Of a stretch of DNA of 64,000 nt, positions 47,867 through 56,968 are shown in pieces. The stretch is taken from positions 106,563 to 170,562 of the IMG/VR virus record IMGVR_UViG_3300020577_010124. One strand, given 5' to 3'. The DNA comes from a virus (Duplodnaviria; Caudoviricetes). The first letter of the stretch is position 1; the number at the start of each line of letters is the position of its first letter. The notes under the pieces were generated by a model. That model worked only from the letters and a program-made list of their open reading frames with translations, searched no databases and had not been told where the DNA came from. A program made the position numbers and the translations under genes.

Positions 47867-49775
47867 ACAGGAACAAGCGGCTGATCATGTTAATGGACCA
47901 TGTTTTGTTCTTGCATGTCCTGGTTCGGGAAAAACTCGCGTAATCGTTGAGCGTACTGTACGGTTGATTAACAAGGGCTATGACCCTAAATCAATTCTAT
48001 GCATAACATTCACGAATAAAGCTGCGAAAGAAATGAAAGAGAGAATTATCAAGGCTCTCCCTGAGCATGGAGAGAAGGTCTATATTAGTACCTTCCACTC
48101 GCTTTGCGCAACGATTCTTCGAAAGTATGGGTCATACATTGGTTATACCATTAATGCAACGATCTTCAATGACGACGATCAAGAAGGCCTAATGGCTCAA
48201 TGCGCTCGTCAAGCAGGTCTTGAGCTAACAGCGCCGCAAATCAAGAGTTTGCTTTATAAGACAAATGATCTTCGAGAAAAGCTCATTGCTGAGGAAGATT
48301 TTGCTTCTCATTTCAAGGAAGAAAAAGACGCTACCATAGCTCTTGAGTATATCGCAAAGATGCGAAAGAATAACCAGCTTGACTTTAGCGGTCTGCTTTC
48401 TGAAACGGTTCGGCTGCTAGAAAAAGACGGCGAGATTCTAAGCAAACTTCAGACTCGGTTTGACTTTCTGCAAGTTGACGAAGCTCAGGATACAAACTTT
48501 GCACAGTTTAGGATTGTTCAGCTTATAGGCGCTCATAAGAATGTATTGATCGTAGGAGATCCAGATCAAGGAATTTATTCTTGGCGCGGAGCTAGATATC
48601 AGAACATTGAGGATTTTGTCAAAGACAACAAAGCTAAGGTTGTATCTTTGCCTCATAACTATCGCTCTACGCCAGAAATCGTTGGCGCTGCTTCTGTATT
48701 GATTAAGAAAAACTCGAATCGCCAACAAACGATGGAGTTCAAGACCAGCAATCCAAGCGGTAAGCCAATTGAATGTTATTGTCTTCCAAGCCCTGAGCAT
48801 GAGGGACAGTGGATTGCGCAGAAAATCAAGCAGATGATCAATAATGAAGGTTACAAGCCTCATGATTTTGCTGTTCTATATCGCTTGAATGCAATGTCAA
48901 GAAGCATTGAGCAAGGATTGATGAGCAACGGTATTGCTTATCAGGTTATTGGAGGCTTCAGTTTCTTTGATAGAGCAGAGGTTCGAGATAGCTTGGCAAT
49001 GCTTCGCTTCATGATTAATCCTAGCGACGGAATGGCTCTATCTAGATTCATCAATAAGCCTTCTCGAAGAATTGGAGAAGTAAGCTTAGGACGTATAGAA
49101 AACTTCGCAAATGAGAAAGGTATAAATCTCCTTCAGGCAATGAGTCGAATTGAAGAATTCTTGACAACAGGAGCAGACCGTTCGAGGGTTATTACTGGTT
49201 GCAAAGAGATAGTAGAAGCCTTCAGTTTCGATAGAACAAACCTTTCGATTGGCGAAGTTCTAGGTAAGCTATTGTTGAAACTTAGATATCGAGAGCATCT
49301 TGATAGCAAGCATGAATCAAAAGACCTAGAAGACCGTAAAGAAAACATTCAGGAACTAATCAATGGATGCGCTCTTTATAGCGAAAGACGAGGAAACGAT
49401 ATCGCTGCCTATCTTAGTCACTTTGCTTTGCAATCTTCCTCAGATAAAGATACAGAAGAGAATACTGTTTCTCTTATGAGCGTTCATGCTAGCAAGGGTC
49501 TTGAGTTCCCTGTTGTATTTATGCCTTGTATGGAAGACGGACAGTTTCCTCACAAGCGAGCCATAATGGAAAGAGACGGTATAGAAGAAGAGCGTAGATT
49601 GTGCTATGTAGGAATGACAAGAGCGCAGAAGCGACTTATTATGTCCTATCCTTCTTCTAGAATGTTGAGATATGCTAAAGACAAGATTCGCTGGGATCAT
49701 ACTGAGATCAGCAGATTCTTGTTGGAATCGGGCGTAATAAACAGTGTACGAAAGATAACAGGCGACGTTCGATAA
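47814..49775 (+). CDS. uvrD: UvrD/PcrA-family SF1 helicase
   Basis: LNPEQ, ACPGSGKT, ITFTNKAAKEM, VDEAQD, VGDPDQGIYSWRGA, NYRST, HASKGLEF, EERRLCYVGMTRA. Confidence 0.95.
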   Translation: MSNQGVVVAAGKITLNPEQEQAADHVNGPCFVLACPGSGKTRVIVERTVRLINKGYDPKSILCITFTNKAAKEMKERIIKALPEHGEKVYISTFHSLCATILRKYGSYIGYTINATIFNDDDQEGLMAQCARQAGLELTAPQIKSLLYKTNDLREKLIAEEDFASHFKEEKDATIALEYIAKMRKNNQLDFSGLLSETVRLLEKDGEILSKLQTRFDFLQVDEAQDTNFAQFRIVQLIGAHKNVLIVGDPDQGIYSWRGARYQNIEDFVKDNKAKVVSLPHNYRSTPEIVGAASVLIKKNSNRQQTMEFKTSNPSGKPIECYCLPSPEHEGQWIAQKIKQMINNEGYKPHDFAVLYRLNAMSRSIEQGLMSNGIAYQVIGGFSFFDRAEVRDSLAMLRFMINPSDGMALSRFINKPSRRIGEVSLGRIENFANEKGINLLQAMSRIEEFLTTGADRSRVITGCKEIVEAFSFDRTNLSIGEVLGKLLLKLRYREHLDSKHESKDLEDRKENIQELINGCALYSERRGNDIAAYLSHFALQSSSDKDTEENTVSLMSVHASKGLEFPVVFMPCMEDGQFPHKRAIMERDGIEEERRLCYVGMTRAQKRLIMSYPSSRMLRYAKDKIRWDHTEISRFLLESGVINSVRKITGDVR

Positions 49776-49831
49776 AGACCGCGCAAGTTTTCTAGATGTC
49801 ATAGTCGATATCCTGACTAAAGGGTATCAAC

Positions 49832-50818
49832 ATGCGCTACAACATCATATGCAACGACATTGTTACAGGACTAAATTCTTTACCAGAACAATCAGTACAT
49901 ACTTGTATAACCTCTCCGCCTTATTTTCAAATGAGAGATTATGGGTTTGCTAAGCAGATTGGATTGGAAGACGGACCTGAAGCATATGTAGAAAAACTCG
50001 TAGAAGCGTTCAAGGCTGTTTCTAGAGTTTTACGTAGCGACGGAACCCTTTGGGTAAACATAGGCGATACATGCGCTTCTCAAGCGTATATGACGAAAAA
50101 CTATGGGAAGATAAAGCCCAAAGACCTAATAGGGATTCCGTTTATGCTGGCGTTTGCAATGAGAGCGGATGGATGGTATCTACGAAGCGACATTATATGG
50201 GCAAAGCCTAACCCCTTACCTGGCGGCGTTTCAGACCGACCAATTGCTTCTCATGAGTATTTCTATCTGTTTTCTAAATCTGATAGTTATTACTATGACG
50301 TAGAAGCAACTAAAGAAAACGCAACCGAGATAAGCAAAGATGGTACGTTCAAAAAGAGACTGAAGCGAGATGTTTGGAACGTGCCTGTTGCGTCTTTCAA
50401 GGGAGCGCATTTTGCTGTATTCCCTCCTCGTCTTATAGAGCCATGTATCTTGGCAGGAACAAGCGAGAAGGGATGTTGCAAGATGTGCAAGACTCCTTAT
50501 ACTCGCATTATTTCTAAGCATCGCTATGCAACTAGACCAGGTAGAGATAATAAGATTGATAAGACAGGTTTTGCTAATAGAGATTCGGGTAGGCATTTGA
50601 CAGAGACTACAACTGAAGGTTGGAAGAAACAATGTTCATGCGCTACTGAAGAAGTTGTACCATGTACTGTTTTGGACCCATTTTGCGGCTCAGGAACTAC
50701 AGGCGTGGTTTCTCTGCAAAATAACAGGCACTTTATCGGGGTAGACGGAAAGAAAGAATATGTTAAGATCGCAGAAAAACGACTTGCGAATGAACAGAAC
50801 ATATTAGCTGAGGATTAA
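49832..50818 (+). CDS. DNA methyltransferase (N4-cytosine-like, beta class)
   Basis: TSPPY, IIWAKPN, HFAVFP, VLDPFCGSGTT. Confidence 0.9.
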   Translation: MRYNIICNDIVTGLNSLPEQSVHTCITSPPYFQMRDYGFAKQIGLEDGPEAYVEKLVEAFKAVSRVLRSDGTLWVNIGDTCASQAYMTKNYGKIKPKDLIGIPFMLAFAMRADGWYLRSDIIWAKPNPLPGGVSDRPIASHEYFYLFSKSDSYYYDVEATKENATEISKDGTFKKRLKRDVWNVPVASFKGAHFAVFPPRLIEPCILAGTSEKGCCKMCKTPYTRIISKHRYATRPGRDNKIDKTGFANRDSGRHLTETTTEGWKKQCSCATEEVVPCTVLDPFCGSGTTGVVSLQNNRHFIGVDGKKEYVKIAEKRLANEQNILAED

Positions 50819-51304
50819 ATGGCCTATCTTATTGCGAGCATTGGAACAAAAGTAAGATTTGGTTTTTCTAAGAGCCTAAACTTTGATAATCTTATGTCTG
50901 TACATATAAACGTGCAGAAGAAAACAGTATCATATGATTTTCTAGTTAAGACACATGACCAAGCTATTTTTGTGGAAAATAGCGGAAGCATTATGAAGAA
51001 TGCTGTTATCTTTGATAAGACCTCGACTAATCTACCCTGTGTATTGGAGACGGACGACAACAATATTCAAGCTACTTTTACAGGCTTTTTCTACGATAGT
51101 AGGAAGAATATGTATCTATGCACCGTTGTCCATCCTCTTGTAGATACAACTAAGGTTGTGGAACAAACGACTGAAGAACAATACGAGCCGATTCACGGTC
51201 TTGGAACACTTATGGGAATGGGAAAAAGCCCAGAGAAGATTGTTCCTAAAACCTCAGACCCTGTTGATATTGATTTGGCGAAAGCAAATAACCTAGACAT
51301 ATGA
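50819..51304 (+). CDS. Hypothetical protein
   Basis: 161 aa, GAGGA upstream. Confidence 0.6.
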   Translation: MAYLIASIGTKVRFGFSKSLNFDNLMSVHINVQKKTVSYDFLVKTHDQAIFVENSGSIMKNAVIFDKTSTNLPCVLETDDNNIQATFTGFFYDSRKNMYLCTVVHPLVDTTKVVEQTTEEQYEPIHGLGTLMGMGKSPEKIVPKTSDPVDIDLAKANNLDI

Positions 51305-51837
51305 ACTACTCAAGTGTTCTAATACCAAAAGTCGGCGATACAATTTTGTTTGAAGAGTACGAAGTAAAGATTCGTTCTGCTCCAAACTTGATTCTATCGC
51401 CTAGCGGTAAAGAGCCTGGATTTATTTTCCAGTTTGCTTTTCCATATGATAAGTTCTTAAACGATATACCAGCCCTAGAAAGTACATTCAATCTTGTAAC
51501 TCATCCATTTCTTCCACCCGCTACTCTTAGGACATTGAATACAGGTAGAGAAATCAAAGATGTTCCTGCTGTAATTTATATGTATGAACCTCATATCGTT
51601 GGAGATACGTACAATCTTTACATTGAAGAGCTTGAGGTTCATGGAAAACTAACCATGACCATTGCCGAAAGCAAAGTGTTTATTGGAATGTTCAAGGGCG
51701 GTATTTTGGACTTGCCTTGCATTGAGAGAGCGAAAGATGTCGATTTAGAAAGAAAGTCATCGCCCAAATGCGTTCCTACTCCAAAGCCACGGCAAGGCAA
51801 GGAGTACAACAAATTTGAAACTCTGGATCTATCATGA
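51301..51837 (+). CDS. Hypothetical protein
   Basis: 178 aa, ATGA overlaps both sides. Confidence 0.6.
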   Translation: MNYSSVLIPKVGDTILFEEYEVKIRSAPNLILSPSGKEPGFIFQFAFPYDKFLNDIPALESTFNLVTHPFLPPATLRTLNTGREIKDVPAVIYMYEPHIVGDTYNLYIEELEVHGKLTMTIAESKVFIGMFKGGILDLPCIERAKDVDLERKSSPKCVPTPKPRQGKEYNKFETLDLS

Positions 51838-52592
51838 ATCTAAAAGACTTGAAGGACAAACATAAAGGGAAGCTTGCGTTCGTAACAGGAGCGGGGCCGT
51901 CTCTTCGTTTTATTGATCCTCAACTTATAAAGCCTTATGTAACGCTTACTTCTAACTCGTCTCTTTTGAAGTTTCCTGATTGTGATTACTTCATTACTGA
52001 CGACGATGGAGTAAAGACTTGGAACTATTGGCAGATTACTGCCCGAGATAGCAAGTGTATTAAGCTATTGTATCAGGATAAACTTACAAACTGTGTTTCT
52101 CATCTTCGCCCTGAAGAAATCATTTTCTTTCAACATAGACAATGGGCAACTCCTAGCAAAGAAGGCTTGATTTACCATAAAGAAAATGTAAAGCTTACCG
52201 ACGATCCAGAGTTTCCTATTATTGGCGCTCGAACTTCTGCGGCTACCGCATTGCATTTTGCATACATCCTAGGTTGCGACCCTATCGTGCTTTTAGGCTG
52301 CGATTGCTGTTATGAGGGAACCAATCGCTACTATTGGCAGTTCCCTGGACAACCCAAGGCTATCGAATACAACAACAGAGTCTTTTCAACGCCCGATAAA
52401 GGCTTGTTGAAAGGAAAGCCAGTCGATACTCATTGCGTAAACTTTGATATCTATTGGCATCATTTTGTTGAAATGAATCCAGAAGTGTCGAAGAACAGAA
52501 TCATCTATGTTTCGAAAACGGGTATCTTGGACGTATTCCCTAGAATGACCCTTGAAGAAGTGTTAACAAAATATGGAGATAGAACCAAATGA
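51834..52592 (+). CDS. DUF115/Maf (MptE-like) family protein; candidate nonulosonic-acid transferase
   Basis: LKDKHKG.AFVTGAGPSL, ALHFAYILGCDPIVLLGCD. Confidence 0.7.
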   Translation: MNLKDLKDKHKGKLAFVTGAGPSLRFIDPQLIKPYVTLTSNSSLLKFPDCDYFITDDDGVKTWNYWQITARDSKCIKLLYQDKLTNCVSHLRPEEIIFFQHRQWATPSKEGLIYHKENVKLTDDPEFPIIGARTSAATALHFAYILGCDPIVLLGCDCCYEGTNRYYWQFPGQPKAIEYNNRVFSTPDKGLLKGKPVDTHCVNFDIYWHHFVEMNPEVSKNRIIYVSKTGILDVFPRMTLEEVLTKYGDRTK

Positions 52593-53332
52593 AGAAACGA
52601 TTGAACAAAAAAGAAGTAAAAAAGGCGCTCAAAGGATTCTTTTCACAGCCATTGGTCCCCTCAAAGAAAGATCTAACTAAGATGAAAAAAGACAATGAAA
52701 GTCGGATTAAGGAGAGTTGGGGAGACTGGGAGAAGTTCCGTAAAATCCTAGATTCTTCAACTCCAATTGATCTTAGTTCCTTTGAAGGATTCAAGGGATC
52801 AAAAGTATTAGAACCCAGCAAGGTTGTTGCCGTTTCTGAAAAGACCAATAGCGAACTTCTTCTCAAGCAACTTGTTCGTAATATCATAGAACAAATCAAA
52901 GAAGAAACGATGATTCAGTCGCCCAAGCCTACCGCTGAAGATAAGATGTTTGATTCTATAATTGAAGCGATACCTTCGATCATGATAAAAAACATCAGCA
53001 ATCGAGATAAGGCAATCAAAATACAGGGTCTTATTGAATCGAACAGGTTTGCCTTTGATCGAATCCATCGAACTAATGCTAGTAGCACGGTTGAGAAAAG
53101 CGAAGCCATGCTTGAAAAAATAGCTCAGGAAAGAGAGAAGGTTCGAGAGTTCGCTATCAAAAATAACCTAACAACTATACTGCCCCAATTCTATCATAAC
53201 GAAGAAAATGGTGAAAGCATTAACCAAAATGCTCTCATGGAAGTCTTGAAGGGTGAGAAAACAAATGGTAGAAAACCAAAGAGTGTTAGCAGTAATTCCC
53301 GCAAGAGCAGGAAGTCAGGGGCTAAGAGGTAA
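52589..53332 (+). CDS. Hypothetical basic protein
   Basis: 247-aa ORF. Confidence 0.55.
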   Translation: MKKRLNKKEVKKALKGFFSQPLVPSKKDLTKMKKDNESRIKESWGDWEKFRKILDSSTPIDLSSFEGFKGSKVLEPSKVVAVSEKTNSELLLKQLVRNIIEQIKEETMIQSPKPTAEDKMFDSIIEAIPSIMIKNISNRDKAIKIQGLIESNRFAFDRIHRTNASSTVEKSEAMLEKIAQEREKVREFAIKNNLTTILPQFYHNEENGESINQNALMEVLKGEKTNGRKPKSVSSNSRKSRKSGAKR

Positions 53333-53987
53333 GAACTTCAAGGTTATTGCTGGCAAGCCCTTGATATTTTGGTCGATAGATGCAGCCTTAGATTGTAAGT
53401 TTATTGATACCGTCGTTGTTTCTACAAACGATGCACACATAAACTCTATAGTCAAGGCTGCTTATCGTAATGAGCCAAGACTTGTTATTATCAAACGACC
53501 AGACGATCTTTGTACTCCTACCAGCAAAACCGAAGAGGCGTTAGTTCATGCTGTTGAGAAACTTCAGAAAAAGAAGCAGACCTACGATATAGTCTGTCTT
53601 CTTCAACCAACGTCTCCTGCTAGACAAAACAATCTTGTTTCTAAATGCCTTAAGGAAATGATTGGGCAAAATAGAGATAGTGTTATGACTGTCTCTAAGA
53701 GTACGCCTTTTTTCTGGAAGTACAAAAACGATAAAGACGTTACGCCTACTTATTCTATAGTCAACCGTCCTATGCGGCAAGAACTAAAGAAGACGGATTT
53801 CTATTTTCATGACAACGGTAATTTATATGCCTGTCTGAGTTCCTTATTACTTTCCGATAATCCCCGTAGAGTTGGAGATAATCCTGTTCTCGTTGAGACA
53901 TCATTCTTCGAAAGTTTGCAGATTGATACTCTTAACGACTTTAGAACGATGGAAGCTCTCTCCAATATCTACGGAGGATTTCTATGA
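53265..53987 (+). CDS. neuA: Acylneuraminate cytidylyltransferase (CMP-nonulosonate synthetase)
   Basis: VIPARAGSQG..GKN, GKPLI, VVSTND, LLQPTSP, RQ, NG..Y, IDT..D. Confidence 0.9.
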   Translation: MVENQRVLAVIPARAGSQGLRGKNFKVIAGKPLIFWSIDAALDCKFIDTVVVSTNDAHINSIVKAAYRNEPRLVIIKRPDDLCTPTSKTEEALVHAVEKLQKKKQTYDIVCLLQPTSPARQNNLVSKCLKEMIGQNRDSVMTVSKSTPFFWKYKNDKDVTPTYSIVNRPMRQELKKTDFYFHDNGNLYACLSSLLLSDNPRRVGDNPVLVETSFFESLQIDTLNDFRTMEALSNIYGGFL

Positions 53988-54856
53988 AAGAACAACAGGA
54001 AGCTAAAGTCGTTGCTGAAATCGGATGCGTTCATTTGGGATCAATGGACAGAGCAATAAAGCTCATAGACTTGGCTAAGATATGCGGCGCTGATTACGTA
54101 AAGTTTCAAAAACGCAATCCCGAAGAAAGCGTGCCTGAAGCTCTCAAGAACCAGCCGCATCCCAATCAATGCTTTGCATATGGTCCGACCTATCTAGAGC
54201 ATCGCAAGGCTTTAGAGCTTTCAGCAGAACAACATCAAACGCTAAAACAATATTGCGAAAAGGTTGGAATCAAATATGCCGTTTCCGTTTGGGACATAAC
54301 TTCCGCTAAAGAGATGATCGAGATTGGACCTGCATTCATTAAAATTCCAAGCGCATGCAATCATAACAGAAAGCTTATGGACCATCTTCTTCAATACTAT
54401 ACAGGAGACATTCATGTATCTACAGGCATGTCGTCTCATACGGAGATAAACGATCTAGTAAACTTTATGTGCATTACGGACCCAAGCAAATTTGTTCTTT
54501 ATCATTGTACAAGCATTTATCCATGTCCGTTTGAAAAGCTTCATCTTCTAGATATCAAAGAGCTTTCTAAGTTGAAGATGAAAGGGCTTAGAATTGGATT
54601 TTCAAATCATGGTTATGGATTGGCTGCGGATATTGCCGCCTGGGTATTGGGCGCTGAGTATATTGAGAGACATTTTGTTGACGACCGAACTTTGAAGCAT
54701 ACTGATGCAGCAGCGAGTTTGGAGCCTGATGGACTTCGTAGAGTTTGCCGAGACCTGAAGGCAGTTCAGCGTGCATTTACATACTCTCCTTCTGATCCTG
54801 ACGATCTTGAGGTAGTAGAACGAAACAAATTGAGAGTGGAAAATGAGCTACGATAG
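53984..54856 (+). CDS. neuB: N-acetylneuraminate(-9-phosphate)/KDN synthase family
   Basis: VAEIGCVH.G, VKFQKR, KIPSA, STGMS, HCTSIYP, GFSNH, IERHF; lacks the antifreeze-like C-domain. Confidence 0.9.
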   Translation: MKEQQEAKVVAEIGCVHLGSMDRAIKLIDLAKICGADYVKFQKRNPEESVPEALKNQPHPNQCFAYGPTYLEHRKALELSAEQHQTLKQYCEKVGIKYAVSVWDITSAKEMIEIGPAFIKIPSACNHNRKLMDHLLQYYTGDIHVSTGMSSHTEINDLVNFMCITDPSKFVLYHCTSIYPCPFEKLHLLDIKELSKLKMKGLRIGFSNHGYGLAADIAAWVLGAEYIERHFVDDRTLKHTDAAASLEPDGLRRVCRDLKAVQRAFTYSPSDPDDLEVVERNKLRVENELR

Positions 54857-55331
54857 AATCAAGCTTCTAGTTTTAGACGTTGATGGCACGATTACTGACG
54901 GCAATTATTACGTCAACGAACGTGGCGAAGTAATGAAAAGTTTCAATACAAGAGATATGCATGCAATTAACAAAGCTAAAGAGCATTTTCGCATATTAAT
55001 CTTAACAGGCGCTGACGACAACGTAATTCACGCTAAAATGGGGCATTGGGGCCACAAAATCATTTCAGGCGTAAAAGATAAGCATAAGGCTCTAACAAAA
55101 TACCTTAATAGCGAAGGCTTGGATTGGGAGAATGTTGCATTCCTTGGAGACGGAGAAAATGATTTTGTTTGTATGCAGAATTCTGAGTTCTCTGGTTGCC
55201 CTATGGACGCTATCCCTGAGATTGTATCAACGTCTACTTATGTTTCCAATGTTTACGCAGGAAACGGGGCAGTCTACGATATAATCAGGTATTTGTATCG
55301 TTTATGCAACTTTGATTGGACAATGGAGTAA
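54843..55331 (+). CDS. kdsC: KdsC-like HAD sugar-phosphate phosphatase
   Basis: LDVDGTITDG, FNTRD, ILTG, DK, FLGDGEND, P.DA, G.GAV. Confidence 0.8.
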   Translation: MSYDRIKLLVLDVDGTITDGNYYVNERGEVMKSFNTRDMHAINKAKEHFRILILTGADDNVIHAKMGHWGHKIISGVKDKHKALTKYLNSEGLDWENVAFLGDGENDFVCMQNSEFSGCPMDAIPEIVSTSTYVSNVYAGNGAVYDIIRYLYRLCNFDWTME

Positions 55332-55335
55332 ACAG

Positions 55336-55363
55336 AGGATTTTATCACGCGGTTCAAGTATAG
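55336..55363 (+). promoter_or_regulatory. Putative promoter AGGA-N18-GTATAG
   Basis: Intergenic, 7 nt before the endonuclease ATG; variant of the 17563/40798 element. Confidence 0.35.
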
Positions 55364-55370
55364 TAGTAAT

Positions 55371-56195
55371 ATGAAAAACATTACGAAAGAAAAACTTGAA
55401 CAACTCTATATTATTGAGCGAAAACGCAGACCAGAAATAGCAAAAGAATTAGGCATCAGTCCCTCTACTGTTCAATACTTGGCTACGAAGTATGGTCTAA
55501 AAAGACCTAGATTAGAGCGAACCCGTCCTAAATCACACTACTCGCTAAATGAGTGCTATTTTGAAAAGATAGATAGTCCAGAAAAAGCTTATTGGCTTGG
55601 ATTCTTGGCGGCAGACGGATGTATACAAGCTGAAAAAGGTAACTATCGCTTACAGATCGAGCTTTCAACAAAAGATCGAGGACATCTAGAGAAATTTGCT
55701 AAAGCCATCGAATTTTCAGGACCGATCTACTACGATAGAGAACATAAACAAGTCTATAAAAAGATTACAAAAATTGTTCTTTGCGATATGATTGGAGTAG
55801 CTAGTAAGCCTATGGTTCTAGATTTAATTAGTCATGGAGTTATTCCAAGAAAGAGCAAGATACTTAATCCGCCAACTATTGATAAGCATTTAGTTTCTCA
55901 TTGGATTAGAGGTTATTTTGATGGAGATGGAAGTGTCTCGTTAGTTGAAAAAACGCAACATATATGCGGTAGTATTTTTGGAACTAAGTTAGTTATGACA
56001 TTTATTGCAGAAATATTTCAAAAAGAAACGGGGACTACCGCTTCGGCTCATTACAGGAAAAAGAAAAGTGGCTGGGAGTTGTGTTTTCATGGAAACCTCT
56101 TAGCTCAAAAAGTCGAAAAGTATTTATATGCAAACGCAATGATTTTTCTTGAGCGCAAGTATCAGAAGTTTCACTGCCTAGATGAAGAGGTGTAA
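55371..56195 (+). CDS. Free-standing double-motif LAGLIDADG homing endonuclease with N-terminal HTH
   Basis: AYWLGFLAADG and HWIRGYFDGDG; IAKELGISPSTV HTH; LERK. Confidence 0.85.
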   Translation: MKNITKEKLEQLYIIERKRRPEIAKELGISPSTVQYLATKYGLKRPRLERTRPKSHYSLNECYFEKIDSPEKAYWLGFLAADGCIQAEKGNYRLQIELSTKDRGHLEKFAKAIEFSGPIYYDREHKQVYKKITKIVLCDMIGVASKPMVLDLISHGVIPRKSKILNPPTIDKHLVSHWIRGYFDGDGSVSLVEKTQHICGSIFGTKLVMTFIAEIFQKETGTTASAHYRKKKSGWELCFHGNLLAQKVEKYLYANAMIFLERKYQKFHCLDEEV

Positions 56196-56196
56196 T

Positions 56197-56604
56197 ATTT
56201 CGGAATATCATTCAGTAGAATGCCAGTTTAAGGTTCAATACGAATCTCACCTTATTGCTGCGCTTGAGAAGCTTGGTTATAAACCTCAGATTCATGAAAC
56301 AGCTAGAAGTCTAGAAGGCTATCGAGGAGATTCAAGAGTCCAAAAGGCTCATATCATCATTCCTCGCGCACAGGTTGGCGGAGCTAGCAACGATATTGGT
56401 TTCCTTCGCAAAGACGACGGAACCTATACTCTTCATGTTTCTGCATATGACCAATCCAATTGGAAGAACAAGTTTCCTGATCTTGTGAAGCATTACACTA
56501 GTGGCGTTGTACAAAATATTGTCCAGAATGGACCTTATCAATGGGACTCAGAAAAAACTGATGCTCAAGGTGTAACTACAATAAGATTGATTGTTCGTGA
56601 CTAA
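56197..56604 (+). CDS. DUF1257/Ycf35-like protein (probable ATT start at 56197; in-frame ATG at 56182)
   Basis: SEYHSV...LIAALEKLGY...L.GYRG...AHIII...NDIGF...GTY. Confidence 0.7.
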   Translation: MSEYHSVECQFKVQYESHLIAALEKLGYKPQIHETARSLEGYRGDSRVQKAHIIIPRAQVGGASNDIGFLRKDDGTYTLHVSAYDQSNWKNKFPDLVKHYTSGVVQNIVQNGPYQWDSEKTDAQGVTTIRLIVRD

Positions 56605-56611
56605 ACAAAGG

Positions 56612-56668
56612 TAGTTTCCTCTTCTTTCCCGAATTCATCGGGAGAGCTTTGCTCTGAGGAGGGGACTA
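56612..56668 (+). promoter_or_regulatory. Putative three-way-junction RNA sequestering the SD of the next gene
   Basis: P1 56612-56624/56656-56668 (13 bp with G-U), P2 TCCCGA/TCGGGA, P3 GAGC/GCTC. Confidence 0.5.
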
Positions 56669-56968
56669 ATGATTCGCAAGATCAAACTAATCTATTTGGA
56701 TCAGTTCGATCAGCAATTTCGTTATGGATATGATGCTGCATGCGTTGTTCAGGCAATAAGAGAATCCCTCAAGTTGCTTCTTGAAGAGAACATAGTAAAA
56801 TCGCAGTATGTAAATATCCATAAAGAAAGTCTATCTATGTGTCAGGGACTATGCGCCGAGAACTTGTTTTATTCCGAGATTAAGAGTCCGCCAAATGCCG
56901 ACGCTGAAAGCAAAGACGCAGACGAAATATGGCTCTTACTCAAGCCTTCCAAAATGCTGAAACACTAA
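56669..56968 (+). CDS. Hypothetical protein
   Basis: GAGGAGG SD; 99 aa. Confidence 0.55.
   Translation: MIRKIKLIYLDQFDQQFRYGYDAACVVQAIRESLKLLLEENIVKSQYVNIHKESLSMCQGLCAENLFYSEIKSPPNADAESKDADEIWLLLKPSKMLKH

Noticed and set aside
55332-56196. Group I intron housing the LAGLIDADG ORF
   Set aside because: Flanks are only ~40 nt and 1 nt and the neighbouring genes appear complete; treated as free-standing.
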